Assembly: GCA_029953675.1 (NCBI GenBank)
Contig: JAMWBK010000009.1
Span: 1-64,000, forward strand
Direction of reading: 5' to 3'
Length of the DNA stretch: 64,000 nt
Source: Rhodosorus marinus CCMP1338
Lineage: Eukaryota > Plantae > Rhodophyta
In this document: positions 1-11,395 of the stretch, one piece after another
How positions within the stretch are numbered: position 1 is the first letter of the stretch
Layout of the letters: each line of letters opens with the position of its first letter
The notes under the pieces: model-generated
The model's database searches: none
What the model saw: the letters and a program-made list of their open reading frames with translations, nothing else
Told to the model about the DNA's origin: nothing
Made by a program: the position numbers and the translations under genes

Positions 1-1800
1 GTTACGAGCCAGGCTCGTGAAGATGAAATCGAGAATGGTTCCAGCCACTAGAAGGTCTCCACGAGGGAGGACGACTGGGGGAATGCCCCCACGGAGGGGA
101 AGCGAGCCTCCTTCCAAAGAAATCCACGCCGGAGCCAACTCCGAAAACGCGTACGCCAAATGCCCCAGTCTCCGCCCTCCTTCAGGACATAAGACTGTAG
201 ATCCATAGGCTGCGACCTCGCAGCCGTGCCTGGAGCGCTAATCGTGCTTCTCCCCCTTAGACCCGGGGGAGTCGGTCCTCGCTCTCTTACCTCCTATCCG
301 CACCAAAGTCGTGAGCCGCCCACTCCGCGAGGCTCGCGGAACGGATCCCCGGGCTGCAGCAAAGTAACCTGGGCGTCCTCCACCGACATGCCCTCAGTAT
401 GCTCCCCTGCCTCACCACTCTCGCTGGAAGTGCTGCTGGAAGCAGAGCCCTCCAAAATCCCCAACCGCTGCAGCTCTGTCTTGTAGCGCGAAGTCAGCAC
501 AAGTCGCCTCTCCAGATCGAAGAAGCTGGACACCGCCATGCGCAGGTGACGAGGGCCCGACCGGAACCGCTCCAACAAGATCCTCTCAAGGCGCTGAATC
601 CGTAGCCAATGGATCGCTGGGGTTACGCTTCACGCTGCTCTCATGCTCAGCGAGCCCTGCCGTTTCTCCCGGAGACAGGAAATTGCCCGAGAAACGGACA
701 AAATCGAAATGCAAAACCACCTGCGAGTTGCAGCGCATGCCACCGGGCGCTCTCAGGCCACTGCTAGGCTTCGCCAGCAAAGCCTCCAGGTACTTGGCGG
801 CGGTTGCGGAGACCAAAAACAGCACATCGCGGCCCTCATATTTTGCGAAGAAGAAATCACCCCGGCTGCACCCTAACGATTCCGCAAAAGTGTCCCGGAA
901 ATCTCGCATAGACGGAACCTGGCCTCGTGTAGTTTTGCGCCGGACATTTCGCACCCACAGAAATTGGAGAGTGGTCTCCACAGGTCCACCCTGAGGCTCG
1001 CGAGATGGTAGGAAACGGAGCATAGCCGTCGTACGTGTGGCAGTGGTGCCCTTCCGCAAGACTGATGCGTACGAAGGGCCCCCCTTGCGGCTACCACGTG
1101 CCCCCGCAGTAGCCGGGAGCTGGTGACCACCTGAGGGCTGGTCGAAGAGAGGGAAGTCCAGAGGGAACTCCACAGCTGCAGTCTCCTCCACACCGGTTGC
1201 CGCACAGTCACCACCACCATTGCCTCGAGTCCCCGAGCGCTGAAGCGCGTTTTGGCCCTGCCTGCCGCTCCCCAACGTCGTACTGTCCCGCGCAGCAGCA
1301 AGCGCCCTCGCCTGTCCCGGGACAGGTTCATGTTGATTGACCTGATGTTGACTGCCTTCAGCCAACGCTGCCACTCTGGTGCAATTCAAATTCTCGTCCG
1401 AATTTGAATTTGACCTGGCCAGCAATCCCGATTCCAGCCCACCTGGCTTCTGGGTGAGCTGAGGGAGCACTCCACGATCACTCGCAGCCGTGATCAGGCT
1501 GGTGACAGCGGAGATAAGTGCACGCGCCTGGGTGCCAGAAGCGCCTTCCAAGTCAACCTCGGAAGAAAAGGTGCCGCTGCTGAGGCGAACACGGAGTCCC
1601 CCACCTGGCAGTGCCTCCTTGGGATGAGGCTCCGTCGAGCGCGGAGATATCGCTACCATCCCGGAAGAAAAAAGTAGTTGCAATTGCAAACGACGCACCG
1701 CGGAAAATCGAGGGGAAGGCGTACCAGAGGAAGCGCTTCCCGTAAACGAACACGCTCGCGACCGAAAAAGAAACAAAACCCCAATCCTCCTCTCCAGCTT
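1..1800 (-). mobile_element. RLE non-LTR retrotransposon family A, copy 1 (5' UTR, ORF1, start of ORF2; runs off the window edge)
   Basis: Near-identical by eye to 16643-18530. ORF2 ATG at 206 (MDLQSYVLKEGG); ORF1 ATG at 1659, stop at 238-240. Confidence 0.9.
238..1659 (-). pseudogene. Family A ORF1, frameshifted near 600-630
   Basis: MVAISPRSTEP... matches ORF1 of the 13.7-18.5 kb copy; reading frame is broken in the C-terminal part. Confidence 0.75.
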
Positions 1801-2034
1801 TAGCCTAGGACTTGGGGAGTAAAAGAGGTGGCTCCGCAACAGAAAGAAGTCCAAAATCTGAGCAAAGCGTGGTATACGGGCGTGGCAAGCCACTAACCAA
1901 ACATAAACCCAGCCAGAAAAATATTTGTCACGAAAGCATCTAAAATTTAGATGCATCAAGTTGTTACACATGATAGAACAGATGCTATACTTGATCTTAG
2001 CCAAAAGGCCGAGAAGATCCTTATACTCCATTTG

Positions 2035-2330
2035 TAATCGTGAACTTATCTTCGCAGCTGCCTAGGGCAGCGCAAAATAGATGTTACCTCTATCTGAGAA
2101 GAAAGGTCAAGTCAACCCCGCTGCCAGGGTCTCAGGCTACCTTCAAAAGAAAAAACAGGGACCAGTGGATTCCCCAACTGGTTCACAGGGAAAGCGCTCT
2201 AGCGCAAGCTCCGCAGTTCTTCGACAAAATGTCCTGTTCAGCTGAGCTCGCACGTCACTGAGCTCGTTGGTACGGTTTGCACGCTTCTTTAAGTAGTTCT
2301 CTGTTTTCGTTTCACGCGTTGTGTAGCGTT
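2035..2330 (-). mobile_element. Degenerate 3'-end fragment of a family B/C RLE element
   Basis: Matches the B/C ORF2 end (DVRAQLNR..., ccagttggggaatccactggtccctgttttttc), the stop-codon hairpin and the gcagctgcc 3' UTR. Confidence 0.75.
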
Positions 2331-2620
2331 CCAGGCTATCAGAAAAGCCCAGTCCAGTTCGAGAGTCGACCGTCTGCATAGGACATAGCCAAGGCAAACA
2401 CGAATAACGCTTGGATACGTCACAATGTGGGGTGTTTATCGTTCATAGGCGGTGAAAAGCATGGTTGCAACGAATCCATCGAGCGTGGCACCTACTCTGT
2501 CGTTCCCTGCTCATGTTTTTTGAATAGCTTTAAGGCCCTTTTTTTGTATTTTTCGTCCATAAGTACAATGTATAACATTTCTCACGCCGTGTCACTGCAA
2601 TAGTCTTCGCTCAAAGTCCG

Positions 2621-5600
2621 TCAACACTGGGATCGGTTAACTGCAACGATTTCAACTTTGTCTGGACAGGTCTCAGAGATCGCGACTGTGACAGCCTCGG
2701 ATAAGCCCTGAATTCGCTTAGAGGAAATGCTCAATGCGCCGAGAACCTCGTTTGAGCTGATGACGACGCCATCTGCTTGCTCCCATGCAACTCCCTTCGG
2801 TTTTTGAGGCCATTCCCAGGATACCTCAAGGCTCTTCGGCAGGTTCACAGAAGCCTCTGTCGACGAGAAAGTGATCATACAGGCGCTAGCCGTCTCACCG
2901 GAGAGTCTCGTCCAGGATGCAACCTTCTCTACTGAAACCTTGTAAGAACCGCAACCCACTTCCTGCTCTCGGGCCACGGTTTCCAGAAGTGGTAGCCCGG
3001 TCGATGTTTCAGCCGGAGCCATTGTCGGGGACGTCGTAGGAGTCCCAGTATAAGTCGGTGTCGGCGTGGGTGTCTGAGTCGGAGTCGCTGTCGGTGTCGG
3101 GGTTGGAGTGGGAGTCGGGGTCTCATCCGAATCGAAAGAGTTGCACATGATTGGAATTGTCGAGTTGAGGGCGTCGGCAAAGTTCGACCTCACGTAGCTT
3201 CCGGTGAAGTAGAGTCGAATGTTAGTAATGGTGTTGATGTCCTGGAGCCTGGCATCGATCTGATAGTTGCTGAATGGGCTTATGTCGATGAAGTCCTCCG
3301 TTGAGAAGACGGCATTTTGCCGGATGTAGTCGGACGCCATCCACTCCTTGACGCTTAGCTCGTCACTTGCAGGTGCACCCCCGAAGTACATAAACGTTCG
3401 CTTTCGGTTGGCGTGCGTATACTTCTTCACGTAGTACATCGAGTCCTCATCATCTTCCGCCTCTGCAACTCGAGTGACCCCGGACATGCTCTTGTGCGTG
3501 ATGTCGACGACTGGACTCGTCTCATCCGACACGCCGTCGAAAACGACAAACATGCTGTTCATCGAGATCATGGGGAAGAAGAGCGGATCTTCTAGTCCCG
3601 GGAGATTGTTGAAAGCTGGATCCGATGGGTCAACGCAGAAATTGATGGACCCCGTCTCCAGAAACTCCGCCCAGTTATCCTCTCCTACTGTCTCCGCCTT
3701 GATATTGTAAGGGCCCCAGAAGGTGCCATACTCCATCAGTTGGTTTTTCGTATAGGAGGTCTCGTACCAACTCTTGAGTGACTTACGCAGTTGAATGATC
3801 GCGTCTGATGCACAGCTGAAGTATAGGCTCCCTGATGTGTCCAGAAGGGAAGTTTCCCACTCGCAGTCTGCGAGGCTGATGGTATCTACTGACGACATCG
3901 AGCCCATCATGAGATAGTTCCTCGCGGTGAAGACGGCCTCAAGATCTCGGTGAAAATCGGCTATCAGAAGGTTGTAGTTGGTCTGGTGAGCGACCTTAAC
4001 AGCGGGTGCGGCGGGATTTATCATGTTGTTCTTCATCTCGACCGCCAGTGCAGCCACGACGTTCTGGAGGTAGAGCTTTGTTGCCGTGACCTGCTTGAGG
4101 TAGCTCATATAGGAGGAGTAAAGCGCGATGAGGTCGTTCTTTTGGTTGACCCACATCTCCAGCCCATCGAATGCCCGAAGGAATGTAGTCGCCGAGGTGT
4201 AGCACTCCTTTTCATGTACCCCACGTAGTCTTGAAGCTCTTGTCGGTCAAGTGCCACCATCGCACTACTGGCAGAGGTCTGAACATCGCTAACTTGAGCA
4301 GCTAGCGCCACGGCCTCGTCGTAGTCGTCCGCACTGTAGACGCTCTCCAGCGGATCCGCGAGGGTCTCTGTTCCCTCCGTAAGAAGTCCAATGTCGGCCA
4401 TGATCGCGTCGTAGCTCACTTCGTACCCTGACCAGTCGGCGCTTTCTCCAGGCGAAGGGAAGAAGTCCACCATGTCATTCGTCAGCGAAGGTATCATAGA
4501 AAACTTGGCACCGCTCCAGCCATCAATGCCGGAGAACACCGCCTTCGTTGTATCTGAGAGCGAATCACTCTTGGTCCAACCGCCGGCCTTGGACAACACT
4601 TTGGTCACTGCGAATGCCGCGTCAAAGACGCCAGCAAAGAAGCTCACAAACTGCATCACCTTTTCGAACTTGGCACGCTTTTCGACCTTACGCCAGCACT
4701 CATCCATCTCACCCTGCTGCAACTCCATGGTGCTCTGGTACTTCCAAATATTCTGATCAGCTACCGACATCGACCGGTTCACCTCCATGATCTCCTCCAT
4801 CAGAGCCTGCTGCTTGGCCAACTGCGTGGCGATACCCGTCTGCGCGTTGCTCGTCGCATTGGAGAGGAGCTCCATGGAAGCTTCCGAATCCTCGACGCTG
4901 CTTCGGTAGGCGTCGTAGTAGTACTCCAAGGATTCTCCGAGCTGGCGCTGTGTTTCAAGGTAGTCGAGCAGGTACTCAAAGCTCATGACGCTGACCTGGT
5001 TGGCATTCGTACCCGAGGAGGTGGTCAACGGATTCGCCGCCTTGATAATAGAAATCGCCTTTCCAGCTAGCGAGGTGTACTTGGCTTTCTCCGTCTCGTC
5101 TGAAGTCCGATTGGCAACTAGCTGAGCATTGTAGAGCATATCGGAAACCGACAAGAGAATTACGGTGTACGCGTTTTGGTTTTCTTCAGCATCATCGTTA
5201 AAGAACATAATATCCAGCATCCTCTTCGAGAGGCTGAGACCGTAGTCGATGTACGCCAACGGCTGCGGAAAGTTTTCGAACGCAAAGGATCGCGGATCGT
5301 CGTACTCATTGGTGTCCCACTCCTCGACTTCAGCGCCGATTGTCGCTCGGAATGACATCTGTAGCGGGTCGTGAGACTCCTCTCCACTTTTTCCGGCGTG
5401 GTTGGTCAGTCCAACATCGCCGACAAGCGGATATCCTGACGAAACTGTTTCGTAGTAGTTCGTGTTCAGGATATAGTTCTTCTGCCATGTTCTCGTGTAG
5501 CAATTCACCGTGAGCTGACCCCTAATCCGGGATTTCCTGGCTCCCCGCCTGGTCCCCCTCCCCCGGAATTGGATTCCCCATTGAAGTATGCAGCCGCCGC

Positions 5601-6542
5601 CTCATTGCTAAGCCCGTTCTCTTCCTCGCCTCCGATAACAACGCTCGAGTAGATATGTACGGTGCCTGCCAGCCCACCAGCTCCTCCAGTTCCTCCATGT
5701 CCTGCCTGGCCGCCCGGCTGCGGGTAACCCGGCTGATAGTACAGACAGGGCTTCTTATCGCCGTTCATGGTACCCGTTGGACACTCGTTACACCAAGAAT
5801 CCTTGCACTTCCCACCCACCCAGCTGTTCTTCTTGCCACACGCCATTCCATCGATAGGCATCTGCGCGTTACCTCCGTCTCCACCATATCCACCGGTACC
5901 ACCGTCGCTTCCATCAGTTCTTATGGTCATGGTATATCCTCCCTCGACTAGGCTCTCGATGTTCACGTACTTTGCGACCATGGTAAAGCTTCCCCCCTGG
6001 TTGCCCTGGCTGCCGGTGGCTCCCCAACTTCCCATGGTACCCATGTCACCACCCCGAAACGTATTGGGGTCTTTCGTCCTCTGCATCGGATCGAGGGTCT
6101 CGGGTGTCGCTGGTGCGCTTGGAGGAGGGATCGTGACCTCCGTTGCCTTCAGGTTGATCTCAAAATCTCCATCGCTCTGGATCTCAATGATATTCGCCAC
6201 AATCGTCACGTTCGTACCCCGCATTGCAGCAGCTGCCCCAGCCGCGCCCTTGATTAGAACGTAGTACGCGTGTAATAGGATATCCTGCTCAGTTCCAAAC
6301 AATTCTGTCGTGTCCGTCGTATCCGCGGTGAAGTCCATCACGTAGAAGAACGGTGCATAGATTGCAAACGTTCCGTTCTCAACACCATCCACGTAACCAG
6401 AACTCACATCCTGAACCATCAAACAAGTCGTATTAGAGAATCCCCATCCATCACACACGCTCTCAGCATCAGCTCTCACTCCTCCGACGCAGAGAAATAT
6501 TGCTAGGGTTATACACCCAATCACCGTAAATGTTCGATTCAT
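2621..6542 (-). CDS. Large secreted protein (~1307 aa after repairing two 1-bp frameshifts): signal peptide, Gly-rich/Cys-rich region, helical region, TcA-like C-terminal domain, Pro/Thr linker, CBM2-like domain
   Basis: Three overlapping same-strand ORFs (5505-6626, 4105-5508, 2621-4156) join if one base is added at a G4 run (~5519-5522) and at an A4 run (~4209-4212). ATG at 6542 begins MNRTFTVIGCITLAIFLCVGGVRA. Confidence 0.8.
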
Positions 6543-6798
6543 CTTGGTTGAACGAGGAAAGACGGCCAGGGCGTTCCCAGATCCAAAAGCGAACCAGAAC
6601 CCACAGATTCCAGAAGTCCGAAGCACTCAATTATCAGCGAATTATCGTAGACGGACGCTTGCAAATCGCAACAAGTAACCTTTTCATTGCTCGCTCTGAT
6701 TTGTTCCCTTCAAACCTCCAGCTACTTTTTGCTTGACCTATATAGGTCTTCAACTACCTCGTTGAGCTAACCGAGGTGTTTTGGTGGTGGTTGTGCTA

Positions 6799-6848
6799 GC
6801 TATGCTAGTAAAGCCCAGTAAAGTCCAGTAGAGTCCAGTAAAGCCCAG
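6799..6848 (+). repeat. Four tandem 10-bp units (AGTAAAGYCC), a family A 3'-tail remnant
   Basis: gctatgct followed by agtaaagccc/agtaaagtcc/agtagagtcc/agtaaagccc; matches the family A terminus ggctatgctagtaaagtccagt. Confidence 0.75.
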
Positions 6849-7309
6849 CTATCCAAGGACTAAAGACCATCCAAGGAGTCGACCACCACATCATTTGGAA
6901 CCTTTCTGATTCCAAAATCCGCTTATCGCGAGAAATGAGCAACGCAGGCTGAGTGCCATGATGATGTGAAGGGCGGAACATACTCTCAAATTCTCAACTA
7001 AGATTCTGCGATGCGTAGTGCGCACCACCCAGAAGCCTTCCCCAGATAGTGATAGAAATGAAAAATTTCTTTCAGAAAAATTAAATAAACCCTGTTTGGA
7101 AAAACGATTAAGCGCCGCGACAGTCAGGCGCAATCAAACTAGGAAATATTCTGTTCTGGCATTATGAATGAATAGAACGCGGTTGCCTGGAAAACTTGCG
7201 CTCATGTCTCCTCTCAGAAAGAGAAGCTATGGAGCTTCTCTGGCAAAACTAGTAAATCGCATTTGTTGGAAAATTCTATAGGAAATTTCCTGACACCAGA
7301 TAGAACGCC

Positions 7310-7815
7310 CATATTACAACGAATGAACGAATGGTTTAATCGGAGGCTGAAAAACAACCCCGAGGGAAAAAAAGACTAAGTGCGGCGAAGAGCTCGCGCC
7401 TCCAACATCAAAGAGGCATTCATGCGCCACAGTAGGAAACTCAAGCGGGTAAACAACGATTGAAGATGGTCAGGGCGTTCGCGGAACAACTCCCGAAGCC
7501 AGCGAGAGCCAACGGAGTCCATGAGGTACCAAGCGATGTGCTAGTGCCGAAGCACGAACACCAGGGGAAGACAAAGCCCCCGCGTATTTGATCTCTTTGC
7601 GACGTCTCATACTGGCGGCGGCAGATCCACGGCGCTCCCCCGCAGCCGGGAGATAACGACTAGCTTGAGGATTAGGAACAGCAAGATCGACGTATGTGGT
7701 ACGGCGACTGTCGTCACAGGTGATCACCAGGTCTACACGGCGTTCATCATTTTGAAAGTCCGCGACGGGTAAAGGTTTCTCACGTTCGATTTCCAGACCG
7801 GCTTGCCGGACTATA
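7310..7815 (-). mobile_element. RLE element family E, 3' fragment
   Basis: Encodes LVITCDDSRRTTYVDLAVP...KEIKY (RLE motifs); direct repeat of 8790-9320. Confidence 0.8.
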
Positions 7816-7899
7816 GGCTGTATTACAATAATGCATCATATTGAGCGCCGTGTTTTTGGCGCTGCCAGTGTGCGTCAACACATGGAGGTGACGTTAGTC

Positions 7900-7941
7900 T
7901 GTAGACGGGGTCCGGGCGCGAGCGCCCGGACCCCGTCTACA
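7900..7941. repeat. Perfect 20-bp inverted repeat with a 2-nt loop
   Basis: tgtagacggggtccgggcgc-ga-gcgcccggaccccgtctaca. Confidence 0.95.
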
Positions 7942-7959
7942 ATATTTTTTTTTGTTTTC

Positions 7960-8085
7960 TCGCTTGAGTTTCTTGCTGTGGCGTGTGAACGCTGCATTGG
8001 TTTTGGAGGCCCGCGACCTTCGAGATGCTTAGTCTTTTTCCCTCGGGGGTTTTTCCTTTAGCCTCCGAATAAATCATTCATTCAA
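7960..8085 (+). mobile_element. Family E 3' tail fragment (opposite orientation)
   Basis: tttcttgctgtggcg...cttagtctttttccctcggggg...gcctccgaataaatcattc; reverse complement of the 7320-7430 and 8800-8910 tails. Confidence 0.75.
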
Positions 8086-8784
8086 CAGAATGATGTTCCA
8101 TCCGGAATCCTCACCTTCAAGCGGGACATAAAGAATCGCAACAGAATATTGAATCGGGTATAGCCAAGACGTCAGCGCCGCTAATTTATGCCATCGGGAA
8201 CCCCGTAGAGTCAGTCCAACCTGCACCCCCAAAGCGATTCCCTTCATTTGTAACTGAATTCATTAAAAACAAAAACCATCCCAATATAGAAATAATTGGT
8301 CAAGAAAATTGACCAATTATTTCTCAGTTCGTTCCCGAAGTCGAGTGTCTATTGGGTCACTCTGCATCGCTCTGCGAATGGACTCATGCGTTCATATTGC
8401 ATATTTAAATATCAATTCTATATTGAACGAATTGAGCAAAGTGCTGAGTGAATGCCTCAACAATTGTTTTCAATTCGAGACTCGAAGAAAAAACCGGAAA
8501 GGGAAAAAAGCTATGATTGGTGAACATTGTGGATCCAATTTCAACGCGGCGTTCATCCAGCCTCCGATTAAACCATTCGTTTCGTTCATCCAGCACAGTC
8601 GGGGGTGAGTAGCTAGCAGTTGCATGGTTGTGGCTCTCCTTTCCCTCTGCCAGGACGCCCACTCGGGGTTGTTAGTTTTCAAACAGAATCCGGCACAGCG
8701 GGGAACTTTGATTTGAAAGATTTAATTGGACTCTAAAGGAAAAGAGCTTTGATTTTGGGTTTGTAGAGCTAGCAGTAAGAAGGT

Positions 8785-9400
8785 GACACGTTCTGTATTC
8801 GAACGAATGGTTTAATCGGAGGCTGAAAAAAAAAACCCCGAGGGGAAAAAAGACTAAGCGCGGCGAAGTACTCGCGCCTCCAACATCAAAGCGGCATTCA
8901 TGCGCCACAGCAGGAAACTTAAGCGGGTAAACAACGATTGAAGACGGTCATGGCGTTCGCGGAACAACTCCCGAAGCCAGCGAGAACCAACAGAGTCCAT
9001 GAACCCAAAGCACTCAATGATCAGGGGTACCAAGCGATGTGCTAGTGGCCGAAGCACGAACACCAGGGGAAGACAAAGCCCCCGCGTATTTGATCTCTTT
9101 GCGGCGTCTCATGCTGGCGGCGGCAGATCCACGGCGCTCCCCCGCAGCCGGGAGATAACGACTAGCTCGAGGGTTAGGAACAGCAAGATCAACGTATGTG
9201 GTACGGCGGCTGTCGTCACAGGTGATCACCAGGTCGGCTACACGGCGTTCATCATTTTGAAAGTCCGCGACGGGTAAAGGTTTCTCGCGTTCGATTTCCA
9301 GACCGGCTTGCCGGACTATAGGCCGAAGTTCCCGGTATAACAGGTTCAAGATCCGTGTATGGCGGCGGGTTCGAGCACCTTTCTGTACTAACGCGTGTTG
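8785..9400 (-). mobile_element. RLE element family E, 3' fragment
   Basis: ORF 9014-9409 has RTRRH...RRVADLVIT...YVDLAV...KEIKY; homologous to 43390-43980. Confidence 0.85.
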
Positions 9401-9401
9401 G

Positions 9402-11395
9402 TGATCCAAAATAGTTCAAATTCCCTTTTAGACTACTATTATTAGCCCTGTCCGTACAATATCTTGTCCACTGAGCGCATCATAGACGTACACTATAATT
9501 TGTACCCATGGTGGTTATTTTTTTAGCTCACCAATATGTTTAGCCAGATGTCATGTCAGCACGTCACAACTCCTCCCCACTGCAAGAAAGAACTATCCGG
9601 TGGAAGAAGAAGCTGCCTTGTGGAGGTTTGTATAATACCGAATTCGTTTCTTGGTATTCTGGTTCTGCGGTAGTTGATGGTAGGGTAACCATCTCAAATC
9701 GTCCGTTGTTTCGCCTTCAAAGTAAACAAAGTATTTATTCAGGCCCTTTTCATCTAGACGATGTCCCAATACAGACTTCACTTCCCGTTGTGGTACTACT
9801 GGTTGTAGTACAGGAACTACGCGCGAGCCTTCAGGTTCAGGTCCATTGAACTTTCGTAATAGTGATACATGAAAAACATCATGCACCTGAGAATCCTCCC
9901 GTGAGCTCCAGCTTATATGCAACGTTACCAATTTTGCGTAGAATTTGAAACAGTCCGACATATCTGGGTCGAAAAACCTTTGAATCTGGTAATTGTAGAT
10001 TCCGCGTAGATAGTAGCACAAAATCGCCGGTTTGAAACTGAACGTCTTTCCTGCCTCGATCATAATAGAAGCGTTGGCGTTCTTGGGCATATCGTAGGTT
10101 GGCGCGGGCTAGGTCTCGTTGGTCTTGTTGTCGTTGTAACATAATGGTTGCGGCTTCAGGTAAAGACAATGAAGAGCCGCTAGCATCGGGGACTGTAAGA
10201 TCGGGAGATAAAGTCGGGTTCCTTCCGTAAAGCAACTCGAAGGGGGAAAACTTTGTAGACTCTGAAACTTGGCAGTTGTAGGCCAGCTCTGCCGTAGGAA
10301 GGTCGTCCGCCCAAGTTGTGGTTGTTGAATTACATCGCAGGTACGTTTCCAAGGTCTGGTTCGTTCTTTCTGTTTGTCCGTCTGATTGTGGATGGTAGGC
10401 AGTACTCAGCTTTTGTTTTACCTGCAGGAGCGTCATTAAATGGTTCCAGAAGATGCCAGTAAAACGTGAGTCGCGATCCGAGATGATGTCTTTTGGCACC
10501 CCTGCGAAACGGATCCAATGGCGTAGGAATAGTTCGGAGGCTTCTGGCGGAGCTTCTGGCGCAGTAACCTTAGTTGTGGTCGGGATGACGTACATCTCAG
10601 GTACGTCTCTAGGGTTTGATTTGTCCTCTCCGTCTGTCCATCCGTTTGGGGATGGTATGCAGTGCTTAAGTTTTGCTTGACCCCCATTAACTTCATCAGC
10701 TCCTTCCAGAAAAGTCCCGTGAATCGCGTGTCCCGATCTGAAGTGATATCGCTAGGGACTCCCGCGAACCGAACCCAATGATGGAGAAAGAGCCGTGCTG
10801 TTTCGTGCGCCGTCGCGGTTGTCCTTGTCGGTAGGAAACGGGCATACTTTGTGAACCGATCGACGATCACGAAGATCGCGTCGAACCCGTCCGATGTCAC
10901 AGGTAGGTTAGTAATAAAATCCATCGATACGGATTGAAATTTCCCGTCGGGAATTGGTAGTGGTTGTAATGTTCCTGCTGCAGTTCGTATTGGTTTTTGC
11001 CGCTGACAAATCTCGCGAGATTTAACCAATTCTTCTATATCTCCTTTCATGGTTGACCAGTAGTACTTCCTTTTCAACAGGTTCCTGGTTTTTGTAACGC
11101 CAAAGTGGCCACCCGTAGGTTCATCGTGATAGCTTCGTAAGAGGTCCGGTACGACACTCTCTGGTACGCAGAGCCGGTTATATAGGTACAGGCTATCTTT
11201 CCGTCGGATGAAGCCTTGTTGTCGGTATTGTTCGGGGTGTTCGTAAATGCGGCTGAACTCTGGATCACGTAGGTAGGCCGATGCCCATTCTTGTTGGCTG
11301 ACAACTTCAGATACGGCCAATTGTTGGATGGCATGACGACTCAACGCATCCGCTATATTTTCCGTCCCCTTCCGGTATTCGATTGTAAAGGTGTG
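9402..11395 (-). mobile_element. Ty3/gypsy (chromovirus-like) LTR retrotransposon fragment: RNase H end, integrase, chromodomain, PPT and 3' LTR
   Basis: TIEYRKG..N..ADALSR; HDEPTGGHFG zinc finger; SMDFIT...IVDRFTK, SDRD..F, TAYHPQTDGQTER core; HDVFHVSLLRK plus chromodomain-like tail. PPT ggggaggag at 9567-9575 is followed by a TG-starting LTR at 9565. Confidence 0.9.

Noticed and set aside
1660-2031. Long N-terminal extension of ORF 586-2031
   Set aside because: Homology with the second A copy ends near 1800 and copy 1 lacks ~110 bp of the 5' UTR. The extension looks like chance read-through into flanking DNA.
2621-6626. Three overlapping same-strand ORFs read as a bacterial-style operon
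   Set aside because: Both overlaps are repaired by single-base additions in homopolymers, giving continuous sensible protein (GLGGQLTVNCY; YMKKECYTS). Only the first ORF has a signal peptide.
6799-6848. CRISPR-like or iteron array
   Set aside because: The units are contiguous with no spacers, match a retroelement tail, and the context is eukaryotic with no cas genes.
7900-7960. Helitron 3' hairpin
   Set aside because: No CTRR terminus at the expected distance on either strand and no Rep/helicase remnants nearby.
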